Positions 1-8,732 of a stretch of 64,000 nucleotides of DNA are shown here, piece by piece (position 1 is the first letter of the stretch; every line of letters begins with the position of its first letter). Origin of the DNA: Leptolyngbyaceae cyanobacterium. GTDB lineage: Bacteria; Cyanobacteriota; Cyanobacteriia; Phormidesmidales; Phormidesmidaceae. Where the stretch lies: positions 2,336,001 to 2,400,000 of the forward strand of contig CBDHHL010000032.1 of assembly GCA_965263355.1 (NCBI GenBank). The letters are read 5' to 3'. The position numbers and the translations under genes were made by a program. The notes under the pieces were generated by a model. That model searched no databases. It was given only the letters and a program-made list of their open reading frames with translations, and had not been told where the DNA came from.

Positions 1-583
1 CCCTATCGTGACATTGATAGGGGAACATCCTTAAAGTGGGGCAAGCCATCAGCATCCGCCTCAATCAAATGACTGGGTGATGAGCTGGGACCCTAGTGCA
101 TTGTGTCAGCGCTAACAATTCGGGTTGGTTACGGATAGGGTAAAGAGTGACTCTTCATCCCTGTAGGCTCTTTACCAGTCTTACCTGAAATCTTAGTAGG
201 CTTGACAAACCTCTAGGAGCTTGGCCTGGGTTCCCAGCTTGTCATATCCCACGATCGACTAGCACTATGTTTTTGCAGGGGTTTACCTGGCTTAAAGCGC
301 TACAAGAAAGCCTGAAGCCCTTGAAAGTATGTGCTGCAAATTGCTATCCCCTATTACCGAAGCTTGGTACCTTATATTAATAAGGTGCTAAGCAGTTGCC
401 TGGGAATTTCTGGTAACAGCATAAATAGAACAATTTCAAGAGTTGATAAAAGATTGTGCATCCTTTACGGATATTTGCAACCCTTGATGATCCTGTGAAC
501 AGCTAATTTTGGGCTGATTGACATACTATAATTAGCGGGGTTCAATACCGCATTGTGACAGAATTTCGTTTTTAGTAGGAGGT

Positions 584-1057
584 ATGGCAGGTATGGAAAG
601 GTTTCGATCACTGGCGCGATCGATTATGGGCGTTTTCTTGGTTGCGATCGCAACTCTACTTGTAAGCTGTAGTTCTGGCAGTCAATCTGCTGCCCCCCAA
701 ACCTACTCTGCTGACCAGATAGCTCAAATTGCTATTTATGCTGGTCGCATCCAAACATCAAAAGATCGTCTACCCGAATTAGCTGGCTACATTCGCGATG
801 AAAACTGGGCGAATATCGACAACTTTATCCATGGTCCCTTGGGTGAACTAAGGGAGCGGATGAACCGCTTAGCGTTTAAACTACTGCCTAGTGATAAAGC
901 TGAGGCACTGGCACTATCCGATGATATTTCAGAGGATCTAGAAGCCATGAGTGCAGCTGTGGGTGCCTTTGACAGTGATCGTACTAATAGAGCTTACATC
1001 AGGTTTGCAAAGGATTTGAGCACGTTTCTCAACCTGGTACCTACCGAAGCATCATAA
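584..1057 (+). CDS. psbQ: Photosystem II extrinsic lipoprotein CyanoQ
   Basis: Lipobox LVSC after a hydrophobic signal; 'W.NIDNFIHGPLGELR' motif typical of PsbQ. Confidence 0.9.
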   Translation: MAGMERFRSLARSIMGVFLVAIATLLVSCSSGSQSAAPQTYSADQIAQIAIYAGRIQTSKDRLPELAGYIRDENWANIDNFIHGPLGELRERMNRLAFKLLPSDKAEALALSDDISEDLEAMSAAVGAFDSDRTNRAYIRFAKDLSTFLNLVPTEAS

Positions 1058-1080
1058 GTAGACTTAATCCACAGATCTGT

Positions 1081-2241
1081 ATGACACGAATTGCTATCGT
1101 TGGTTGCGGCATTATTGGCGCAATGCTGGCTTACGAACTGAGCAGCCATAGCCACTTAGACATTCACGTCATCGATCAAGGGAATCCTGCCCAAGGCTCT
1201 ACCCAAGCAGCCTTGGGCGTTTTGATGGGTATCATTAGCCATAAAGTCAAAGGTCGTAACTGGCGTTTACGCCGGGATAGTATTGAACGCTACAAAACCT
1301 TACTCCCTGAACTAGAAGAGACCCTAGGGAAAACAATTCCCCATATTCAAGGGTTACTCAGTCTGTGTTTTGATCCCGAACAACTGTCTCACTGGCAGTC
1401 CTTACAAGAAAAGCGAGCCAGCCAGGGATATCCTTTAGAAATTTGGACCCCTGACCAGCTGCGACAGCACTGCCCGCAGATCAATGCCCATACGGTGGCG
1501 GCAGCGATTTACTCTCCCCAAGATGGTCAGGTACATCCTCAAGAATTAGCCCTGGCCCTGGTAGAGGCCGCCCAACGGCGGGGGGTGACAACCCACTGGC
1601 AAAGTCCGGTTTTGGGTCTAAACACTCGGTCCGGCTATTGTTCACAGCTACAGCTGCCTGACGAAACCCTGGATGTGGATTATGTAGTGCTATCAGCCGG
1701 ACTGGACTCGGCTGACTTGAGTCAAATTGGCACTGAGCCTTTGCCTATGATTCCGGTACTGGGGCAGGCCATGGAAATTGAGTTAGACCACCCCCTGGGA
1801 CATGACGACTTTCAGCCAGTACTTACTGGCCATGATGTACATATTGTGCCGTTGGGGCAGGCACGTTATTGGGTCGGTGCAACGGTAGAGTTTCCCCCTG
1901 GGGGCGAAGCGGTAGAACTGCCGCTAGAAGACGACCTTGAGTTGGTCCCCGATGTAGAACGTTTGGAACAGATGCGGCAAATAGCCACAGACTATTGCCC
2001 AGCTTTGCTCAAGGGCCGGATTGTACGCCATTGGATTGGGCTACGACCTCGTCCGCAGGGGCAGGGTGCCCCAGTCATTAAACCCTTGGCGGGATTTGAG
2101 AATGTGATCTTAGCCACAGGCCATTATCGCAATGGGGTATTGCTGGCACCGGGAACAGCGATAACCGTGGCAGAGCTACTGGGTTTAACCGCAAAAAATG
2201 AAGATAACGACTCAGAAAACAATAACCCAGAAGTCCAATAG
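1081..2241 (+). CDS. FAD-dependent oxidoreductase, glycine oxidase/DAO family
   Basis: N-terminal GxGxxG (VGCGIIG), GLRPRP and ATGHYRNGVLLAP motifs. Confidence 0.85.
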   Translation: MTRIAIVGCGIIGAMLAYELSSHSHLDIHVIDQGNPAQGSTQAALGVLMGIISHKVKGRNWRLRRDSIERYKTLLPELEETLGKTIPHIQGLLSLCFDPEQLSHWQSLQEKRASQGYPLEIWTPDQLRQHCPQINAHTVAAAIYSPQDGQVHPQELALALVEAAQRRGVTTHWQSPVLGLNTRSGYCSQLQLPDETLDVDYVVLSAGLDSADLSQIGTEPLPMIPVLGQAMEIELDHPLGHDDFQPVLTGHDVHIVPLGQARYWVGATVEFPPGGEAVELPLEDDLELVPDVERLEQMRQIATDYCPALLKGRIVRHWIGLRPRPQGQGAPVIKPLAGFENVILATGHYRNGVLLAPGTAITVAELLGLTAKNEDNDSENNNPEVQ

Positions 2242-2426
2242 GAAATCTGAAAAGGGCAAATGCTGAAACCTTGAGTTCCTGAGTTCCTAGCTAGCTGTAA
2301 GACGGTTTGTCCATAGACGCTGTGCTACAGGTGCATGGACGAAATCAACCATCCTACGCAATTTAGTCTGGAAAAATAGCGGCATAATTTGAAGAGATCC
2401 CAGTGATTGGCTGCTAGGTGCTTCCC

Positions 2427-2788
2427 ATGACTGACGTTTTTATCTCTTACTCCCGCAAAGATAAAGCTTTTGTACAGGTACTACATCAAGCACTGACTCA
2501 GAGTAAATATGATGCCTGGGTGGATTGGCAGGATATACCCCTCACTGCTGACTGGTGGGAAGAAATTAAGTCAGGCATTGAAGCGGCGGATACCTTCGTG
2601 TGTGTAATTAGCCCAGACTCGATGGCAATACCCTAATCGCACTGGGGCAAAACGGAGTAGTCAGACAACTACCAATTAAAATTGAATCCTTAAATGATCT
2701 GCTACAGCGGGGATGCAACTGGCTGCAAGATTATTTAGCTCACAGCAATCTTGCTACGGATAAACAACGGTTGCTGTGTGAGCAATAA
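2427..2788 (+). pseudogene. Internally deleted TIR-WD40 protein: TIR N-terminus joined out of frame to the last WD40 blade and C-terminal tail
   Basis: MTDVFISYSRKD...ISPDS (TIR start); another frame from 2621 reads DGNTLIALGQNGVVRQLPIKIESLNDLLQRGCNWLQDYL...CEQ*, a typical cyanobacterial WD40-protein ending. Confidence 0.8.
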
Positions 2789-2851
2789 GGGATCAAGTCA
2801 GAAATAGGCATAATTTCTGACAGATTTGTCCACCTATTTACTAAAACTCCC

Positions 2852-3565
2852 ATGGTCGTTAAGTTAGACAACGTAGTCCCCTTTGGTCGATCATTTGACG
2901 AATATGTCAAAATGTTTAACCTGACAGAGAAAGATTTTCAACAGCCGATTCTCAGTGTTGCCGATGGTCCGGCTAGCTTTAACGCAGAAGGAACCAAGCT
3001 AGGGTATCGCATTATGTCTGTTGATCCGCTTTATTGTTTTAGTGCCGCGCAGATCAAGCAACGGTTTGATGCCGTTGTTGACAACATTATTTACCAGGTA
3101 GAAGCCTCGCTAGACGATTGGGTTTGGAGCTATCATCGCTCGCCTGAAAACCTGCGAAAAAACCGGGAGAACGCTATCCAGTTATTCTGCCAGGACTTTG
3201 AAAAGGGCAAATTTGAAGGCCGTTATCAGATAGGAGAATTACCTCAGCTACGCTATTCAGACCTGGCCTACAATCTAGGTTTATGTTCTCATTTTTTGTT
3301 TCTGTATTCTGAGCAATTTGACCAGACATTTCATCTGGATGCCATCGGTGAAATGCTGCGAGTCTGTCAGGAAATACGTATTTTCCCATTGCTTAATCTG
3401 GACCTAAAACCGTCACCCCATCTAGAGTTTGTGATTACTACCCTGACAGCGAGGGGATATCACTGCGAGATTCAAACCGTTGCCTATGAATTTCAACGCC
3501 GTGGCAACAGGATGTTAACAATTACCCACAGGCCCAATAACACTTTCTCAACAAGAGTAGCATAG
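2852..3565 (+). CDS. SAM-dependent methyltransferase-like protein
   Basis: GRSFDEYVKMF, DGPASFNAE and LCSHFLFLYS motifs of a widespread putative methyltransferase family. Confidence 0.7.
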   Translation: MVVKLDNVVPFGRSFDEYVKMFNLTEKDFQQPILSVADGPASFNAEGTKLGYRIMSVDPLYCFSAAQIKQRFDAVVDNIIYQVEASLDDWVWSYHRSPENLRKNRENAIQLFCQDFEKGKFEGRYQIGELPQLRYSDLAYNLGLCSHFLFLYSEQFDQTFHLDAIGEMLRVCQEIRIFPLLNLDLKPSPHLEFVITTLTARGYHCEIQTVAYEFQRRGNRMLTITHRPNNTFSTRVA

Positions 3566-3585
3566 GTAGAGTGTACGCAAATAAT

Positions 3586-4698
3586 ATGATCAGAAGACGA
3601 CAATTCCTTCAAAGTACGGTGCTGTTTGTTGGAGGGATAGTTATGGGATGTACCCCTGCTAAGACCGGGGGTAATCAATGGTATATGCCCGATGAATCGA
3701 TGCCCCATGAACGTACCTGGATGGCCTTTGGAGCTAGTGAACGGATTTGGGGACGACGGCTATTGCCGGAGGTCAGGCGTAATTTGGTTACCATTGCCCA
3801 AACCATTGCCCAGTATGAGCCAGTATCAATGCTAGTCAGAGCGGAGGAATATGATCTGGCCAAAGATTTACTGGGATCGTCCGTTGAGTTAATTGTTTCG
3901 CCATTGGATGATCTGTGGATACGGGATACGGGACCGTTATTTGTTTTTTCTAAGGAGGGACAAAAAGCTGGTATCGACTTTAATTTTAACGGCTGGGGTA
4001 GGAAGCAAGCCTTTCAGCAGGATGCAGCGGTGGCTAGTTTTGTAACCCAACAGGTGGGTGTTGAGGTCATTCACACTGACCTGGTGTTGGAGGGGGGGTG
4101 CATTGAGCTGGATGGTCATGGGACAGCCATCATCACCGAAAGCTGTGTGCTCAATGACAATCGCAACCCAGGTATGACCAAAGCCCAGTTTGAAGACCAG
4201 CTGATGCCGCTTCTCGGTCTGGAGAAGATTATCTGGTTACCGGGGATTAAAGGACAAGATATTACAGATGGTCATACTGATTTTTATGCTCGTTTTGCCA
4301 GACCAGATGTAGTGCTTGCCAGCTATGAGCCCGATCCACGTTTTGCTGACCATGAGATTACTAAACAGCATCTGGAAATTTTAGCGAGGGCCACAGATGC
4401 TCAGGATAACCCCCTCGATGTCATTGTGCTTGAAGCACCCAGTACCATTCGAGAGACCTACGAGACGTCAGACTTTGCCGCTGGTTATATTGGGTTCTAT
4501 GTCTGTAATGGTGCTGTGATTATGCAAGAATTTGGCGATGACCAAGCCGATAAAGCAGCTCAGCAAACATTACAGCAGGCCTTTCCAGACCGTGAAATCG
4601 TTGCCATTAATATTGACGGTATTGCCGCTGGCGGTGGCAGCATCCACTGTGCGACGCAGCAGGAGCCAGCAATGGATATAACGGTTCTAAACATATAA
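3586..4698 (+). CDS. Agmatine/peptidylarginine deiminase family protein with Tat-lipoprotein signal
   Basis: DLWIRDTGP, LEGG, DGHTD and GGGSIHCATQQEP motifs; N-terminal RRRQFL...VMGC. Confidence 0.88.
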   Translation: MIRRRQFLQSTVLFVGGIVMGCTPAKTGGNQWYMPDESMPHERTWMAFGASERIWGRRLLPEVRRNLVTIAQTIAQYEPVSMLVRAEEYDLAKDLLGSSVELIVSPLDDLWIRDTGPLFVFSKEGQKAGIDFNFNGWGRKQAFQQDAAVASFVTQQVGVEVIHTDLVLEGGCIELDGHGTAIITESCVLNDNRNPGMTKAQFEDQLMPLLGLEKIIWLPGIKGQDITDGHTDFYARFARPDVVLASYEPDPRFADHEITKQHLEILARATDAQDNPLDVIVLEAPSTIRETYETSDFAAGYIGFYVCNGAVIMQEFGDDQADKAAQQTLQQAFPDREIVAINIDGIAAGGGSIHCATQQEPAMDITVLNI

Positions 4699-4928
4699 GG
4701 GAATTCCGAACTCCGAATTCCGAATTTCGTAGGGCTTTGCCCTTCTCGCAGAATACTCTAGATCCCTGGAGAAATCGTCCCGCTTTATCTTGGTACCCTA
4801 GCCTGGTTATAACAGTGAGTTGGAAATAGGTGCATTCAATGCCTTTTGGAACCGCTACAGAATGTGGATGCTTATGCTACGCTTACGGCATCGTTATAGG
4901 CTGAAAATACAGTTCTGGTTCTGAATTC

Positions 4929-5435
4929 ATGACTATGCGTAACGTTACAGCTGCCATCGGTTTATTAGGATTAATCCTGCTTGCAGGCACTGCTTATTTT
5001 TCTCGCCAGCAGGCTATTGCCCAGGCGACAGCCCCCACAGGATTAATTGTGAAGGCCAGTCCCTACAGTGTTGAGGAGACAGAAGCCAGGTTTAAGCAGA
5101 TTCTAGACGCTAAAGGTTTAAACGTATTTGCCACCGTTGACCATGAGAAAAATGCAGCGGGGGCAGGTCTGGAGCTACGCCCCACCCGCGTGGTTATTTT
5201 TGGTAATCCTAAGGTGGGTACTCCCTTGATGCAGTGTCAGCAAACGATTGCCATTGACTTACCACAAAAGGTCCTGATCTGGGAGGATGAGCAAGGTCAG
5301 GTACAGCTGGCTTACAATGACCCGCAATATTTAGGGGGACGTCATCGGTTAGATGGCTGTGGTGTAGAGGCTTTGAAGACAATTTCAGGTGCGTTGGATA
5401 ATTTAACGAATGGTGCATTGGCGAAGTCTCTTTGA
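4929..5435 (+). CDS. DUF302 family exported protein
   Basis: Signal peptide; VDH..NA..AGLELRPT...FGNPKVGTPLMQ...IDLPQK. Confidence 0.85.
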   Translation: MTMRNVTAAIGLLGLILLAGTAYFSRQQAIAQATAPTGLIVKASPYSVEETEARFKQILDAKGLNVFATVDHEKNAAGAGLELRPTRVVIFGNPKVGTPLMQCQQTIAIDLPQKVLIWEDEQGQVQLAYNDPQYLGGRHRLDGCGVEALKTISGALDNLTNGALAKSL

Positions 5436-5529
5436 AGAGAATCGCATCGTAAGGACTGTATAACTACCAATACTGGGAACTATAGATTATTAGACAGACC
5501 CTTTATTGTCTAAACCTCTATATCTAACC

Positions 5530-5569
5530 AAAGCCCTTTGTGCCCCTTAGTGTCCATAGAGGGCTTTTT
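5530..5569 (+). terminator. Probable intrinsic terminator
   Basis: aaagccct...agggcttttt inverted repeat with T-run after the DUF302 gene. Confidence 0.5.
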
Positions 5570-5740
5570 ATTATCTATCGCAGAGAAGACTTTCCCAAAA
5601 TTGGGTGTTAGTAAATCTGGGAAAGATCGTTACATTTTTTATTTTTCTTTTCTCGCAAGTATTTAGAGTAGCCTAAGCGCCGCTACAATTCTACAAACAA
5701 GCACCTATGCTGACACCATAGAGACATTTTGGGACATTCT

Positions 5741-6781
5741 ATGGTTAAGCCAAACGCCCATAATACAACGAAGGAAGCAAGTACTCATCCTTCAAAAAAG
5801 ACCCCTAATAAACCTAAAGCTACCCAGAAGCAAACTGTCAAAGCTGCCAAGCGCAGGGCCACTAAAAAGATGGCTGACAAAACGCCAGTAAATCAGATCG
5901 CAACGATTCCTATGGCTAAACCAGAAAAGGCGACAAAAAAGAAACTTGCCAAACGTGACGAATCTAAGAACAAACTTGTTCAGCAAAAGGAGCTAAAAGC
6001 CAATAAAAAGCTGAGTAAGCCTATTTACGAAGCTGAACTGGAGCGTTTGCAGCTTGAACTGGTGAAAATGCAAGAGTGGGTAAAGCATGCGGGTCTCAAA
6101 GTTGTTGTTATCTTTGAAGGTCGAGATGCGGCGGGTAAGGGGGGCGTGATTAAGCGCATTGCTGAATGCCTCAACCCTCGTGGTTGTAGGATTGTGGCGT
6201 TGGGCAAACCAACGGATCGAGAACGAACCCAATGGTATTTTCAGCGCTATGTGAGTCAGCTACCGGCAGCGGGGGAAATTGTTCTTTTTGATCGTAGTTG
6301 GTATAACCGAGCAGGGGTGGAGCGGGTGATGGGCTTTTGTACCCACAATGAATACACCGAATTTATGCGCACCTGTCCTGAATTTGAACATATGCTGCAG
6401 CGCTCAGGCATTATCTTGGTTAAATATTGGTTTTCTGTTAGTGACAAGGAACAGGAACGCCGATTCCAAGATCGAATTGACGATCCCACCAAACGCTGGA
6501 AGCTCAGCTCAATGGACCTGGAGGCCCGTGCGCGCTGGGTTGAGTATTCTAAGGCCAAGGATGACATGTTTGCCATGACTGACACCAGTAATTCACCCTG
6601 GTATGTGGTGGATGCCGATGATAAAAAACGGGCTAGACTTAACTGCATCAGTCATTTGCTTAGCCTGATTCCCTACGAGGAACTACCCTACGAACCGATT
6701 GTGTTACCGAAGCGTCAGCGGGCTATGGATTATGAGCGTCCGCCAAAGGAGACTCAACGGATGGTGCCTGTCCAGTTTTGA
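5741..6781 (+). CDS. ppk2: Polyphosphate kinase 2 with Lys-rich N-terminal extension
   Basis: FEGRDAAGKGG Walker A, WYFQRY, FDRSWYNRAGVERVMGFC. Confidence 0.93.
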   Translation: MVKPNAHNTTKEASTHPSKKTPNKPKATQKQTVKAAKRRATKKMADKTPVNQIATIPMAKPEKATKKKLAKRDESKNKLVQQKELKANKKLSKPIYEAELERLQLELVKMQEWVKHAGLKVVVIFEGRDAAGKGGVIKRIAECLNPRGCRIVALGKPTDRERTQWYFQRYVSQLPAAGEIVLFDRSWYNRAGVERVMGFCTHNEYTEFMRTCPEFEHMLQRSGIILVKYWFSVSDKEQERRFQDRIDDPTKRWKLSSMDLEARARWVEYSKAKDDMFAMTDTSNSPWYVVDADDKKRARLNCISHLLSLIPYEELPYEPIVLPKRQRAMDYERPPKETQRMVPVQF

Positions 6782-6786
6782 TCGGC

Positions 6787-6830
6787 AACAATTCTTAGGG
6801 GCGTTGCATGCAATGCCTCTAAGAATTGTT
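6787..6830. repeat. REP-like palindrome between convergent genes
   Basis: aacaattcttaggggcgttgca|tgcaatgcctctaagaattgtt, near-perfect inverted repeat. Confidence 0.7.
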
Positions 6831-6885
6831 TAATAGCGATCGCACAATCCCATAGGATATTGAGAGCAACCGCAAGGGTGTGCCC

Positions 6886-8529
6886 CTACTGGGGTCTGTA
6901 TAACACCAGCCAGCGACCGGCCCATTCCATTTTGGGATAATTAATTTTCACCCAGTTCCAACGGGCAGGCAACTTACCCGGAATTATCAACACCGATGGA
7001 TCGCTCATCAGTCGTCGCAAGAGTCGATTATCACTAGGGTTACCCAGATGAATCCACCGGCCCTTTAAATCATGGACAGTCGAGTCAGAGATAGCTGACA
7101 AGTTGGTTTCACTCACCAAACCATCATTGATAGTAATGGTGTCTTTATTGAGGCCAAAAGCTAACGAGGGTAGGGTTTCGTTATAAACTAGCACCGGCAA
7201 CTTCTCTAGCTGTCGTTGGTAAATCACCTGAGAGACAATATCGGTACTCTCTTTCCAGGGACCGTTAGCTTGCACATAATAGCCACCATATAACAACAAA
7301 AGCAGCGACGGTACCAACACCATGGCCACCAGTCGGACTCTCGGGTTAACCTGGACAAAACGGTATAACCAAATTATCGTTCCCAGGGCTATTAGGGCCG
7401 GAATCGCCATGGGCCAGGTGACCGTTGAAGCCTGACCCAACAACTGATAGCCCATGGGAATCATTACTGCAAGAACAGCCAAGGTGCCATAGATTTGGGC
7501 GAACCAACGACTGTATTGCCATAACTGTTGTTGAGAGAGGGTGTGCAACAAATAGGCCACCAAAATGGCAAATCCGGCCAGAATGGGTAAGAGTCCGGCC
7601 AGGGATAGGCTGCCGGTGACACTATAAAATAACAACGGCAACGCTAGCCATAAAATGGATACTTGGCCTACGGTGGGATTTTGCCAGATGGGGCCGGTCA
7701 GATTGGGAACAACAACTACCCACCAGGGTAAACTCCCTAAAACAAACCCCAGGCTATACTGCCAGCGGGGATGCAACGGCGGTCCCCAAAAGGTATCTCG
7801 CCAGAAGAGTTTACGGGTATAGACCCAAAAGTCGGATATATGGCTATGGGCATGGATAAACCAAACACTGATTAGGGCGATACAGAGGAGGATGGCTGCG
7901 ATCGCATGTCGCCAATGCACCCAATAGTTAGTCGGCCCAAACAGTAGCACATAGGCCCCCACCGTCAGCGGCAACAGCAAACTGCCCACCCCACTACACA
8001 GCGCCCCCAGGGCCAACATTACCGCCAGACCGTATAGACCCACCGGGCGTTTATCCAGGTGGTAAAACAAAGTGCAGTAAATCGCCCCCAGCTCAAAGGT
8101 AGCCAAAAAGATATCGGCAGACAAATAGCGACTACAGGCCAGCACCAGAGGGCAAGATAAATAGACCAATCCGGCCAGTAGACCCATGCGAGGCATACCA
8201 AACAGCCGCATGGAAATGCGATAGGTAAACACCACCTGGACCACCAGACAGAGTTGCACAAAAAAGCGCGCTCCAAAGGGGGTAATGCCCCACAGCTTCA
8301 TCCCCAGACTGGTAAACCACAGGGGCACCGGCAAATAGCTAAAGTCATCCACCCCCAGCAAGCGTGGATGCATAAAATTCCCACTGGCCAGCATCTCCCG
8401 ACTGATATCGGCAATGGCCCCTTCGGTGCCGGTGGTTACCACCCATAGATGTACATTTAGCAGCAGCACAGTCAGTACCACTGCCATCAGTAAATAGACA
8501 AATCGGTCAAGCCGAACGGGCTTGGTCAT
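6886..8529 (-). CDS. ArnT/PMT-like membrane glycosyltransferase (GT-C)
   Basis: Polytopic; EG..ADISREMLASGNFMHPRLLG....PVPLW...MKLWG..PFGARF. Confidence 0.75.
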   Translation of the reverse strand: MTKPVRLDRFVYLLMAVVLTVLLLNVHLWVVTTGTEGAIADISREMLASGNFMHPRLLGVDDFSYLPVPLWFTSLGMKLWGITPFGARFFVQLCLVVQVVFTYRISMRLFGMPRMGLLAGLVYLSCPLVLACSRYLSADIFLATFELGAIYCTLFYHLDKRPVGLYGLAVMLALGALCSGVGSLLLPLTVGAYVLLFGPTNYWVHWRHAIAAILLCIALISVWFIHAHSHISDFWVYTRKLFWRDTFWGPPLHPRWQYSLGFVLGSLPWWVVVVPNLTGPIWQNPTVGQVSILWLALPLLFYSVTGSLSLAGLLPILAGFAILVAYLLHTLSQQQLWQYSRWFAQIYGTLAVLAVMIPMGYQLLGQASTVTWPMAIPALIALGTIIWLYRFVQVNPRVRLVAMVLVPSLLLLLYGGYYVQANGPWKESTDIVSQVIYQRQLEKLPVLVYNETLPSLAFGLNKDTITINDGLVSETNLSAISDSTVHDLKGRWIHLGNPSDNRLLRRLMSDPSVLIIPGKLPARWNWVKINYPKMEWAGRWLVLYRPQ

Positions 8530-8732
8530 GGGCAGGTTAGAGCAGGGCAAAGCTTAAATAGTACAACATGCCAGTTAAGGCCCTGAAAGCGCTATTCGGC
8601 GTATTAGCGGCGCAATCTTAATAAAATCTAGAAATTTTTTAGTAAAGTCTGACTTCGAAACTTCAGTCAGCATAATGACAAAGAGGGTTTATACCTTCTT
8701 TTGTGTCCACTATTTCTGCCCTAAGACAGCCA

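Noticed and set aside
4702..4728. Heptamer-like repeats (ccgaact/ccgaatt)
   Set aside because: Only about three units; ordinary short cyanobacterial tandem repeat
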